NCBI RefSeq assembly: GCF_004010195.1
Contig: NC_057749.1
Location: 19,859,570 to 19,923,569, forward strand
DNA length: 64,000 bases
Reading direction: 5' to 3'
Origin: Chiloscyllium plagiosum
Taxonomy: Eukaryota
Positions within the stretch are counted from its first letter, which is position 1. Every line of letters starts with the position of its first letter. Positions 23,683 to 35,669 of this stretch are shown here, piece after piece. A model generated the notes under the pieces. That model was not told the origin of the DNA. It worked only from the letters and a program-made list of their open reading frames with translations, and did not search any database. The position numbers and the translations under genes are program-made.

Positions 23683-26117
23683 CAGAGTCACTTCTAGCTT
23701 ATTTTAAAGTAAGCAGTATAGTCTTAAATTAAAATTTGAGCAGTAATGGCTGGTGGAGGATACCTGATTTTTAGATAAAGTAGCCATTAAGTTTAAGATT
23801 TTTGAATTGATGTTCAGTTTACCAAGTCACAAGGACTAGTCTGCGATCATAATTGGTGCAACAAAACTGTTTTGATTTCTGTAGAAACTTGAATATTTTA
23901 AAGAGAAGTTCAAGTTTCCTGCTTAACACTTAGAAGATTCCAGTAAAACTGCACTTCACTAAACCAGGATCAGGTGAAGCAAACTCAATAAATATTGTCC
24001 GAAAGTAACTCCAGATTTGGCAGTATCTGTGGAGGGAAACCAGTCTCCAGTCAAGTATGACTTAAACTAAGGTATTCTCTTGTGCAAGTACTTGCACACT
24101 TGTATGTTTAGAACACTGCAAATGTTGGATAAAGTTGTCCACTCTCCACCATTTTATCCTTATGAGACTAATCCACCAAAAAACAAATTCAGAAATTTCA
24201 GGTTGTTGAATAGTCATCCATTTGGTTGACTAGCTCTACATTTCCCATTCTTTGTCTGGGACTCTAGCTCAAACTTCACTTTCTATTAGGAACTTTTTTT
24301 CTCTAACTGGATCAAAGTGCTGGAGAAACTCTGTAGTTCCTGCAGTGTGCAGAGGGAAAACAATTTGTCAGATGCACTTTAAGTCACTCTCTTTGGCAAT
24401 TTTTCCCTTCTGAACTGTCTCCAACCCCAAACCTAAAATGTTTGTTTTTCCAATCTGAACTAATCATTTGAGTGAAACACCTGATAAGCCCCCACATTGA
24501 CATTGGTTACAGGTAACCAATGGTATAGAGTAACTAGTATTCTAAAGTTTTACACTTCACTTCAAAAAGCTCATTCTCATACTTAAATTTCCAATCAAGC
24601 CATGATAGTTCTCCTGAATATCTGCACTTCCCTTTTGACTTGCAAGATCAAAGTTGAGGTTGGAAGTACCGTAGAACTTTTTAATGTAAATACCTTTTTG
24701 GTAGGCAGCATAATTGAATCTCAATCAAAGATAAACTTTTTAAATATTAGAACAAACAGCAGTAATTTCAACTAGGCTCTCGTTCACTTTTACTCCAGAA
24801 TGAGGAATAGAGCCTAGTCAAGGTCAAATGTGATTCTGTGACTCCATAGTACAAGAGATCCTTCTTGTTCTCTCTAGAGTATGCTTAGAGGGTACAGCAT
24901 TTCAGATTACCAGGGTTCTTAATTAAAATTGGTAACTTACCTTCTTCCTGTGTACTAAACAGTTTTATGGATATTCTGCTTGGAGTCACTTAAATTTGGT
25001 TATTTTCATTCGTAGAAGAGTGCATGCTCAATACAAATGCTACACTTAAAATTTTGAACTTTGCTACATTGTTCATACTAGACTACCTGCTCACTTATTG
25101 CCTCAGTTATTTGTTGACTCTTGCTTTTATATGCTCATTTTTCAGAGCAATAGTATATACTTGGTTTCAGCACCAGCCATCTGCTAGAAGAGCTATTAAA
25201 CTCAACTTGTAGCATTTTGTTAATGAAATTGTGCTCTATTAACAGGTTCTTATTGCTGCAGCACCTTTGCCCATAATGCAGCCAGTAGTCTTTTAGGACG
25301 AACTGTTGGATGCATCACTTTTAGAAACATGAATGCGATTATTCAAATGTCTGGATTTTGTATGCGTTTTCCTAATGGTTGACTCTACCCTGAATGTATA
25401 TCAACAGAAAAGCATAAAAACAATGTCTCTGTTCCATAATGAAGCTTTCTGTAACATTGTTACCAGCATTTCATATAACCTACATATACTGTCAAAGACT
25501 AATTTTCAGGTACCACCTGATGTAATGAAATTAACAATCCGTGTTTCACATTTCTTTGCTCCACATTGAGTTTGATTTGGCATTAATGAGTAACTTCGAA
25601 ATTTGCAGTCTGATTTGTACCAACAAACTGCTATAGTTCCCTCCACTTGCCCATTTATCCATGGGTTCAAGTATTTAGTTTGCCATTCATGCCCTTTCAT
25701 TCCCATTGTCAGTGCAAGCTTCAAAAGTTTCTTGATATAACTCCACCTAGGCGTTTTGAGACAAGTCTTTTCCTGCAGTTAAGAGCCTGAAACGTTGATT
25801 TTTCCTGCTCTTCAGATGCTGCTTCACCCACTATGCTTTTCCAGCACTACTCTAATGTTGCCTGAAAACAGTTTCTTAATGCTTTTCACTTCTTCCTGTG
25901 CTTTTAATGCAAGTACTTTGTCCTCCTTTTTCTGCCAGATCTTTAAGCTTCAGCTTTTTTGGCTGAGCATCCAACTGAGAAGCTGATCTTGCAACAAGTA
26001 ATCCCTTGAGGTAGGAACAGAACTGGGCTACAGCAAATGGTGGAATTTTAATTTGATAATTCTCTGGGATGGAGTCCTATCAGGACTATGAATTCATTGT
26101 TGGTTGATGGAAAAATT

Positions 26118-26650
26118 CAGTGAGGACTGCAGATGCTGGAGGTCAGTCAGTGAGATACTGGAGAAGCACAGGTCAGGCAGCATCCAAGGAGCAGGAGAAT
26201 TGATGTTCTGGGCATAAGCCCTTCGCTGTGGCTGGGAGATTGAGAAATGGGTGGGGAAGCTAGCTGAGATTGGGATAGTAGGTCAGGAGGCAGGAGAAGA
26301 TAGATGGGAAAGATATACAGGTCAAGAGGATGGTGCTGAGTTGAGGCTTGCGACTAGGATAAATGTTGGAGGGGAAATGAGGAAACTGATGAAATAGACA
26401 TTGATCCTATGTCATTGGAGGGTCCCAAGGTGGAAGATGTGTTCTTTCTCCAGATGGTTAGGCTTTGGCCATCAGAGACCCACTACCTATATGTCCTTGG
26501 CAGAGTGGCAGCAGTTGAAGTGTTCAGCCATGGGTTGGTTGGTGCAGGGGTCCCAGAGATGTTCTCTGAAACGATCCACAAGTTAGTGACCTGGCTCCTG
26601 ATGGATGTAATGGATGCAGTAGATTACACTTGTGGAAGTACAGGTGAATT
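26118..26650 (-). mobile_element. Penelope-like element 3' fragment (GIY-YIG tail plus pLTR)
   Basis: gtgaggactgcagatgctgga…caggtcaggcagcatccaaggagcaggagaa…gggcataagcccttc terminus; ttgaagtgttcagccatggg is shared with the 32.2 and 58.7 kb copies. A short + copy of the terminus lies at about 25785-25860. Confidence 0.8.
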
Positions 26651-27684
26651 TGTAGAGATCTTAAACATATTGTAGAGCATGTGATCTGTTGGCTTACATG
26701 GTGAAAGAATATGGTTGTATTGCAGGACAAATGCTTGGTAAATAACATCCAGAACAAGACAGTAAGTGAAAGTATGTATAAAACTTTTAAAAATAAGCCC
26801 AAATTCAATTTAGTTGAATTTGTGCAGTATTGTTCAAACATTCACAGCACACATGCAGGCTTACAGGTATGATCTTGCAGCCATAGAAAATTACTACAAG
26901 GTCAGAGTTGGGTCTAAATGTACAATAGTGACTTTTCATTTCATCAAGTTTGGTAGGGAAGGTAGTACAGCACCTTTGTGTGGAATGGAATGAGCACAGT
27001 AGCAATAAGTTGCCTTGGAGCAGAAGGCATATTATCAAATAATAAGAGCAGGCCATATTGCCATTTTGTCTTTGTCATCACTCAATAAAATCATGATTGA
27101 CTTAATTTTAGCTGGAACTTATTGTTCCTGCATATCCTAATATTTCATTCCCTTTGTAATTAAGAATCCATCTACCTCTGCCTCTTTAAAAGATTTAAAG
27201 ACTCCAAGGTAGTGAATGCAGAAAAGGAATTAAGACAACCCTCCGATGTTTCCTCATTGTCTTCAGTGGTAACCTATGATTTTGAAGCTATAACCCCTGT
27301 TCTGTGTTCTGAGTAAAGAAATCTTTGACATCCAACTGGCCAAGTCCCCTCAGGTTCTTGTATGTTTCGATTAAATCATCTCTACTGTATCTCAGGGTAT
27401 ACACCCACAGTGTCTCGCTTTACCTCCAGAAGGCAACCACTCATTTCAGATATTAGTCTAGTGAGCTTTCCTTCTGATCTGCTTCAATGTAATAATTAAG
27501 TATGGTGACTGTCATTCATTAGTGGCCTCTCAGATGAGGATGACTCTTTCACTCTCCAAATGAATCAGTGGCTGGAGAGTCCATGTGATTTCGGCAGACT
27601 TTTCCACATGTGAGGCAAGGGGTGGGTGGGATACTTGTGCTGATTTCACTTGGCATCCACTTTCCCAGCAGCAAGTCTCCAGGT

Positions 27685-29505
27685 CATAGTCATAGATGTA
27701 CAGCATAGAAACAGACCCTTCAGTCCAACCTGTCCACGCTGACCAGATATCCCAACCCAATCTAGTCCCACCTGCCAGCACCCAGCCCATATCCCTCCAA
27801 ACCCTTCCTATTCATATACCCATCCAAATGCCTCTAAAATGTTGCAATTGTACCAGCCTCCACCACTCCCTCTGACAGCTCATTCCACACACACACCACC
27901 CTCCGTGAAAAAGTTGCCCCTTGGGTCTCTCTTATCTTCCCCTCACCCTAAACCTATGCCTGCTAGTTCTGGACTCCCTGATCCCAGGGAAAAGACTTTG
28001 CCTATTTATCCTATCTGTGCCCCTCCTAATTTTGTAAACCTCTAAGGTCACCCCTCAGCCTCTGACGCTCCAGGGGAAACAGCCCCAGCCTTTTCAGCTT
28101 CTCCCTGTAGCTCAGATCCTCCAACCCTGGTAACATCCTTGTAAATCTTTTCTGAACCCTTTCAAGTTTCACAATCTTTCCGATAGGAAGGAGACCACAA
28201 TTGCACGCACTATTCCAACAGTGGCCTAACCAATGTCCTGAACAGCCGCAACATGACCTCCCAACTCCTGTACTTCATACTCTGACCAATAAAGGAAAGC
28301 ATACCCAACGCCGCCTTCACTATCCTATCTGCCTGCGACTCCACTTTCAAGGAGCTATGAACCTGCACTCCAAGGTCTCTTTGTTCAGCAACAGTCCCTA
28401 GGACCTTACCATTAAGTGTATAAGTCATGCTAAGATTTGCTTTCCCAAAATGCAGCACCTCTCATTTATCTGAATTAGACTCCATCTACCACTTCTCAGC
28501 CCATTAGCCCAACTGGTCCAGATCTTGTTGTAATCTGAGGTAACCTTCTTCACTGTCCACTACACCTCCAATTTTGGTGTCATCTGCAAACTTACTCACT
28601 GTACCTCTTATGCTCGCATCCAAATAACTTATGTAAATGACAAAAGGTAGAGGGCCCAGCACCGATCCTTGTGGCACTCCACTGGTCACAGGCCTCCAGT
28701 CTGAAAAACAACCCTCCATCACCACCCTCGTCTTCTACCTTTTTGAGCCAGTTCTGTATCCAAATGGCTAGTTCTCCCTGTATTCCATGAGATCTAACCT
28801 TGCTAATCAGTCTCATGGGGAACCTTGTTGAACGCCTTGCTGAAGACCATATACATCACATCTACTGCTCTGCCCTCATCAATCCTCTTTGTCACTATTT
28901 CAAAAAACTCAATCAAGTTTGTGAGACATGATTTCCCACTCACTAAGCCATGTTGACTATCCCTAATCAGTCCTTGCCTTTCCAAATAAATGTACATCCT
29001 GTCCCTCAGGATTTGCTCCAACAACTTGCCCACCAGTGAGGTCAGGTTCACCGGTCTATAGTTCCCTGGCTTGTCTTTACCACCCTTCTTAAACAGTGGC
29101 ACCATGTTTGCCAACCTCCAGTCCTCCAGCACCTCACTTGTGACTATCGATGATACAAATATCTCAGCAAGAGGCCCAGCAATCACTTCTCTAGCTTCCC
29201 ACAGAGTTCTTGGGTACACCTGATCAGGTCCTGAGGATTTATCCACCTTTTAACTGAATCAAGATATCCAGCACTTCCTTCTGTAATCTAGACATTTTGC
29301 AAGATGTCACCATCTATTTCCCTACAGTCTGTCTTCCATATCCTTTTTCCACAGTAAATACTGATGCAAAATATTCATTTAGTATCTCCCCCATTTTCTG
29401 TGGCTCCACACAAAGGCCACCTTACTGATCTTTGAGGGGCCCTATTCTCTCTCTAGTGACCCTTTTGTCCTTAATATATTTGTAAAAACCCTTTGGATTC
29501 TCATC
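27685..29505 (-). mobile_element. CR1/HER1 LINE, RT domain to 3' tail, relatively young
   Basis: ORFs KSSGPDQVYPRTLWEAREVIAGPL…PGNYRPV, SGVPQGSVLGP…KFADDTKIGG and LHFGKAN…; tail at 27685. Confidence 0.95.
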
Positions 29506-29509
29506 CTTG

Positions 29510-30770
29510 ACACCTTCCCAGATGCTCCTCCATTCTGGGTGGTCTTAGGTCAGTGATTTCCCAGACATCTGTGGGAAGGCCGTATTTGGCCAGTGAGGCT
29601 GTAACTGTATCCCTAAAGCATTTCCTCTGTCTACCTGGAGCTCATCTACTCTCTCTGCTCTGAAATTGCAGAGCACCTGCATGGGGAGTCTTGATTATGC
29701 CCAGCTCAATGTCTGCATCACCATGTCCCAATACTGGGATATTGGCCTGTTTGAGGCCACTAGTGTTGGGAAGTATGACTTTCCACTAGATTTCTAGGAT
29801 CTGTGGGCCCCGCCTCCAAAAACAAGGCAGGAATCACCACCACTTTGCATACCATGAGCTTGGTGTCTGATTTTGATGCCATTGCTTTCTTCAGGCAGCC
29901 AAAGGCTGCACTCCAGCACTGGAAGTGGTGCTGGATCTCTTTATCAATACCTCCTTTGGTCAAGAGGACATGTCTGAGATTGGAAATGGCCAGTGTTCTA
30001 AGGTCTCCCCATTAACTTTGGGGGTTCAGCCAGCAGTGCTATGCCAGGTTTGTGGAGTACCTTCATCTTACAGATGTTCAGGACAAGATCCATGCCCTAT
30101 GTCTCTAAAGGTGCTGACTATGGTCTAGAGTTGTCCTAAGTTGCATACATGCAGCTATCTGCTACATACTGCATCTGAATGACACTGGCTGGGGTGCTTT
30201 TTGTTTTGAAGGCGGCAGAGGTTGCATTTCCAACAAGTTCTTTAAGTTAACATCATTCTAGGGAGCTTGTTGGCAGTGAGGTGAAGCATTGCAGCAAAAT
30301 AGATTGAGAACAGTGGGGTGATGACATAGCCCTACTTAATACTGGTTGGTGGTGGAGCCATTAGTTAGTATCTGGCTTCCATGTTATCATTAGAGTAGGT
30401 GGAAGATTGTGACCAACATTGTGGTACAGCTAAAGTACAGAATGCTGGTCCATAATACTTCCTGGTTGACTGTCAAAGGCCTATGAGATCAAAGGCCATG
30501 TACAGAAGTAGGTTCTTTCCTCTGCATTTCTCCTGCAGCTGTCACACATGAACATGTCTGTGCCCTTTTGTGGTTAGAAGTTGCACTGATTCTGGGAGGA
30601 GTTCCCCAAGAGGTTGGCAATGACCTTTTTTCCAAACGTTGGTGGCAGCAGCAAGATTCTCCTGTGGTTACTAAAGTTGGCGAACCCTCTTTTTTTTTTT
30701 GGAAATGCTCTTAATTGTCATCTTGCAGCTCTCCTGGGATGTTATCATCCTCCTTCCAGGTAAGGCAAAC
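29510..30770 (-). mobile_element. Degraded RTE-clade LINE fragment
   Basis: GIDKEIQHHFQCWSAAFGCLKK…DTKLMVCKVVVIPAL matches the post-RT region of RTE/BovB-like ORFs. Confidence 0.7.
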
Positions 30771-30779
30771 AAGCATGTT

Positions 30780-31700
30780 GCTGTAACGGCAGCTCTTTAG
30801 TGACTTTACTGCACACAGTACTGCTGATGTGGTCTTAGCAATTCCTTGTATACCGAAACACAACCTAACCTCTTTACTCCTACACTTAATCTCCTCTAAC
30901 AATAACATTTACTAGCTTTGGTTGCTCCTATCATACTAACTTGTGATCCATGCACTAGCGTACTCTGATTTCTGCATCTTAGAGCTCTAAACTCTTACTG
31001 TTTAGACTTTGCTGTCAAAATGGACAATTTCCCTCCCCTGCTAGCTCAATTTGCTCACTCAACCTATCTATAATTCCTTTGCTCCTTTTTATTCCCTTCA
31101 CAACTCACTTTCCTATCAGCCGTCAGTAAATTTACCAACTGTACCTTCAATTCCTTCACTAAAATATTAATACAATAAAGACTTGAGATCCCAGCATCAG
31201 CCCCTGTGCTGCACCACTCATGACATCCTGTCAGTCTGAAAAGACCCACTTATTCCTAAACTTTCCTGTTAGCCAGCCAGTCATCTTTGGCAATATGTTG
31301 CCCTTGTACCATGAGCTTTCCCATAATGACCTCTTTTGTAGTTCCTTATCAAATATTGGCAGAAATTTAAATGCAGTCCAATATATGTGGGTTGACATAA
31401 ATAATGGGAAGGTACTGCCAGGATTTATTCCCCAATAACTAGAAAACATAATGTATTTGAATTTCCAGGAGGCATTTGTTTGAAGTACTGCAAGTTAACT
31501 TATTTTTGGATAAGTGCTCATGTATTAGCTCTGATAAAAGACTGGCTTAAAGGGGCACTTTTTCAGGATGGCAACCTTAAAACTTGCTGGGGTTGCAGTA
31601 GTATACACCATGTAATTTTAATGACTTGAATAGCAGTGAATGTACAGGAAGTTTGCAGCTGCCCCAAAATGGGTGAGCAGGCAAGAGGAAATATCCAGCT
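30780..31700. mobile_element. Old CR1 fragments in both orientations (30780-31350 -, about 31400-31700 +, resuming about 32480-32940 +)
   Basis: gatcccagcatcagcccctgtg…ccactcatgacatcctg (reverse of the GVPQGSVLG region) and tttgaatttccaggaggcattt. Confidence 0.55.
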
Positions 31701-31712
31701 TAAAAATAGATA

Positions 31713-32475
31713 TAGGAGAAAGTGAGGACTGCTGGTGTTTGAGATCAGTGTGGTGCTGGAAAAGCACAGTAGATTAGGCAGCATCCAAGGAGCAGGAGAA
31801 TCGAGCTTTCATGCAGAAGCTGCTCAGGAATGAGGCTGGGGTGGGGGAGGGGTTGGGGCAAGGTAGCTGGGAATGTGGTAGGTGATAGTGGGGGTGAAAC
31901 ATAAGGTCAGGAGGGTGGAGTGGACAGGTAGGAAGGAAGATGGATAGGTCATGAGGATGGTGCTGAGTTAAAGGCTTGGGACTAATCAGATCCATGCCCC
32001 CACTCATGGCACCTGCCACTGCAAGAAACCTGTGCCAACCCCCTTCCCCCTATCCAAGGCCTCAGTGGATTCTTCCACATCTGACAAATTTACCTGTACC
32101 TCCACACATACCTGCTGTATCTATATACACCCAATGTGGTCATCTCTCCATTGGGGAGACAGGACGCCAGGATTGTTTCAGAACATCTCTGGGACACCAT
32201 ACCAACCAAACCCACTGTACCATGGCTGAACACTTCAACTCCCCTGCGCCCACCCCCCCTCAGTTTTTTTTTGTGACCTATTACCTTGCCCCTCCACCTT
32301 CCTCTACCTGTAATGTTCCCAGCCACCTTCCCCAGCCTCCCCAGCACACCAGCCTCATTCCTGAAGAGCCTGTGCCTTAAACATTAATTCTCCTGCTCCT
32401 CAGATGCTACCTGACCTGTGCTTTTCCAGCATCACACTGACACTGATCTCTAGCATCTGCAGTCCTCACTTTCTC
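31713..32475. mobile_element. Fold-back Penelope-like remnant with inverted pLTR termini
   Basis: Left gagaaagtgaggactgc…gctggaaaagcacag and right ctgtgcttttccagc…gcagtcctcactttctc are reverse complements. Internal GIY-YIG remnant (FTCTS…CIY…QCG.LSIGET, MAEHFNSP). Confidence 0.85.
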
Positions 32476-32944
32476 AATGCTTTTCCATCGCCACACTCTA
32501 CAAAGGGATGTAGGCTGCTTAGATGAATGGGCCAAAACTTGATTGAACAGGAATGTCACTCCCTTTACTAGGGAAGGCAGGTGGCCTGCTTAAAAATTAT
32601 GCAAGGCCCTCCCTTGTCCCCTTTATCTAAGGGAAGATGTATACTTGAGGCATGCAAGATTAGGTTCACTCAGCTGATACTGAGCATGAAAAATTGAGAT
32701 TGCGTAAGTTGTGCCTAAACTGTTTCTCACTTAGCAGAATGAGAAGTGTAAGAACCTTTGGCCACTTGGCAGTGTGGATGTGCAAAGATTAACACTCTCT
32801 CTCATGAGAGCATGGAACTGGAGGGTGTATTTCTAAATAGAATCTTTAATGTGATACCCTAAGTTGAGGGTAGTAAAGTTTTGTCAAGCCTTGATTATTA
32901 GGTATATTGAAGATTTGAGACTAATTTTAGTAGTAAGAGAAAAG

Positions 32945-34225
32945 CATGAAGTCCAACTTGCCCACGCTGATCAGACATCCCAACCCAATCTACTCCCACC
33001 TGCCACTTATTCCTCCAAACCCTTCCTATTCATATACCTCCACCACTTCCTCTGGCAGCTCACTCCATATACATACCACCCTCTGCATGAAAAAGTTGCC
33101 CCTGAGGTGTCTTTTTATATATTCTCACCCTAAACCTATGCCCTCTAGTTCTGGACTCCCTACCCCATTTATCCTATCTGTGACCCTCATGATTTTATAA
33201 ACCTCTACGGTCACCCCTCAGTCTCTGACGCTCCAGGGAAAACAGCCCCAGCCTATTCAACCTCTCCCTATAGCTCAAATCCTCCAACCCTGGCAACATC
33301 CTTGTTAATCTTTTCTGAACCCTTTCAAGTTTCACAACAGTTTTCCAATAGGTAGGAGACCAGAGCTGCATGCAATATTCCAACGGTGGCCTAACCAATG
33401 TCCTGTACAGCTGCAATATGACCTCCCAACTCCTGTACTCCATACTCTGACCAATAAAGGAAAGCATACTAAATGCTGCCTGCACTATCCTATCTACCCG
33501 CGACTCTGCTTTAAAGGATCTATGAGCCTGCACTCAAGTCTGTCTTCAGCAATGCCCCCTAGGACCTTACCATTAAGTGTAGAAGTCCTGCCAAGATATG
33601 CGTTCTCAAAATGCAGCACCTCTCATTTATCTGAATGAAACTCCATCTGCCACTTCTCAGCCCATTGGCCCATCTGGTCCAGATCCTGTTGTAATCTGAG
33701 GTAACCCTCTTCGCTGTCCACTGTACCTCCAATTTTGGTGTCATCTGCAAACTTACTAACTGTACCTCTTATGCTCGTATCCAAATCATTTATGTAAATG
33801 ACAAAAAGTAGAGGACCCAGCACCGATCCTTGTGGCACTCCACTGGTCACAGGCCTCCAGTCTGAAAAACAACCCTCCACCCTCTGTCGTGTTCCTTTGG
33901 GCCAGTCCTGTATCCAAATGGCTAGTTTTCCCTGTATTCCATGAGATCTAACCTTGCTGATAGTCTCCCATAGGGAACTTTGTCAAACGCCTTACTGAAG
34001 TCCATATAGATCACATCTACTGCTCTGCCCTCAGCAATCCTCTTTATTACTTCTTCAAAAAAACTCAATCAAGTTTGAGTTTCCCACGCACGGAGCCGTG
34101 TTGACTATCCCTATTCAGTCCTTGCCTTTCCAAATACATGTACGTCCTGTCCCTCAGGATTCCCTCCAACTTGTCCACTTCCAACATCCGGCTCACTGGT
34201 CTAGTTTCCTATCTTACCCTAACCA
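32945..34225 (-). mobile_element. CR1/HER1 LINE RT fragment
   Basis: SGVPQGSVLGPLLFVIYINDLD…KFADDTKIGG and LYRTLVRPPLEYC…LERVQKRLTRMLPGL. Confidence 0.95.
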
Positions 34226-34229
34226 TCCT

Positions 34230-35635
34230 TACGTGGCACCACATTAGCCAACTTAAGTCTTCTGGCACCGCACCTGTGACTATTGCAACCTAAAGGGAAC
34301 TAGACTGGAGAACCATGCATTCCTCTATATATATTGAGGACTGGATTTAAAAGATGAGTACAAGGGAGCAAAACAATAAGCCTGAGATAAGTACATGGGG
34401 GCAGTCTGAAAGCAATTAGAGCAAAGTGGCTTTTTTCAAAAATGCAGCCACTGGGAAGGCATGATTAGGGAGGACCTTTAATGTATTCTGAAAGTATATT
34501 AATGGGAAGAGTATCTTGGAAATTAATAAGGCCTGAAAGGTAAACCTTTTTTATATGGAGCTGGAAGACAATGGTAGAGTGGCAAATGAATACTTCACCA
34601 CTGTTTTCATTTGGATGTAGATGCAAAGTTGGGAGGATGGACAAGGTTCTTGAGCAGATCAGTTATAAGGATGTAATAGAGCTTGCAAAGGATTTTAAGC
34701 AGACAAATCTTCAGGTGTGCATAAGTTATACCCTGTGGTGCTGTGCAAGGTGAGGGAGGAAATAGCAGTAGCCCTGGTCCAAATTTTTAATCATCTCTCA
34801 CCCATAAGATCCCAGAGGACTGGAGGCCAAAAACGTGGTCCACTTCAGAATGGTTGTAAGATTTAACAAGGGAAGTGCAGACCAGCAAGCTTAACCTGAG
34901 TGATGGTAACACTTTTTTTGGAGAAAATTAATCTCCTCTTGGAGAGGCAAAGTTGACTCTGGAATAGTCAGGATGGATTTCAGCAAGCTCTTTGACAAAA
35001 TCCCACGTGAGACAAACTTAAAAGCTTAAGGGGTCAAGGTTATTCTGGCAGATGGGATCCAAAATTGGTTTAGGCAAAAGGAGGAGAAAGTGAGGTCTGC
35101 AGATGCTGGAGATCAGAGCCGGAGATGTGTTGCTGGAAAAGCGCAGCAGGTCAGGCAGCATCCAGGGAACAGGAGAATCGACGTTTCGGGCATAAGCCCT
35201 TCAGGAATTCTTAGTGGCAAAAGGAGTTTTGACTAGAAGTCAGTGCCCCTTGGCATCCCACAGGGATCAGTGTTGGTTCATTCTTGTATATGATACTTAA
35301 ATTATCCAGATGTGTGCAAGAAACTTGCTGATGTCAAATTAGCTGGGTGGTTGAGGGAGGAGGTCTTTGGTTACAGGAAGAGACTAACAGATTAGGCAGA
35401 TCAATAACAGATTCCAAGTGAGGTAATATACTTTTGAAGAAACCAGACAAGGGAGAGATTAATGAATGGTAGGGCCCTAAAGTTGAAGGAATCTTGGGTT
35501 GCTTGTCATGTGGATGCATAGACCAAGTAGGTTAATAGGGTTGAAGAGCATACAGGACACTTTTTCCTTTTATCAGTAAAGGTGCAGACGTGCAAAACAT
35601 TCGGCCATAGCTGGAGTATTTTACTCAGTTCTGTC
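34230..35635 (+). mobile_element. Degraded CR1 LINE (sense), containing a PLE mini-insertion
   Basis: cccagaggactggagg…, ggcatcccacagggatcagtgttgg (GIPQGSVL) and cggccatagctggagta. Confidence 0.7.
35084..35210 (-). mobile_element. About 127-bp non-coding PLE terminal-repeat element beginning at a hammerhead motif, with TSD
   Basis: - strand gaattc CTGAA GGGCTTATGCCC GAAACGTC gattc…ctgcagacctcactttctc; flanking duplication ggcaaaaggag at 35073-35083 and 35216-35226. Confidence 0.85.
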
Positions 35636-35669
35636 TCTGTATTACAACCCACCCAAGCACACTTTGAAT

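Larger units (their letters stand above)
17706..23691 (-). mobile_element. L1-clade LINE retaining both termini (decayed ORF1 and ORF2), 9-bp TSD
   Basis: TSD ttctagctt at 17697-17705 and 23692-23700; AATAAA on - at 17717-17722. ORF1 coiled-coil (TEEIRGEIRAQVQP…LKEVESQTEASE) and L1-ORF1 C-terminal remnants. ORF2 start MAKCSIKWCTWNIKG (APE endonuclease) at 21846 and CCHC knuckle CPKCKIHRGTLTHCFWTC near 18350-18400. Confidence 0.9.

Noticed and set aside
24081..24098. Perfect 18-bp palindrome tgtgcaagtacttgcaca (also a 16-bp one at 48995-49010)
   Set aside because: Palindromes this short are plausible by chance in 64 kb and have no associated structure.
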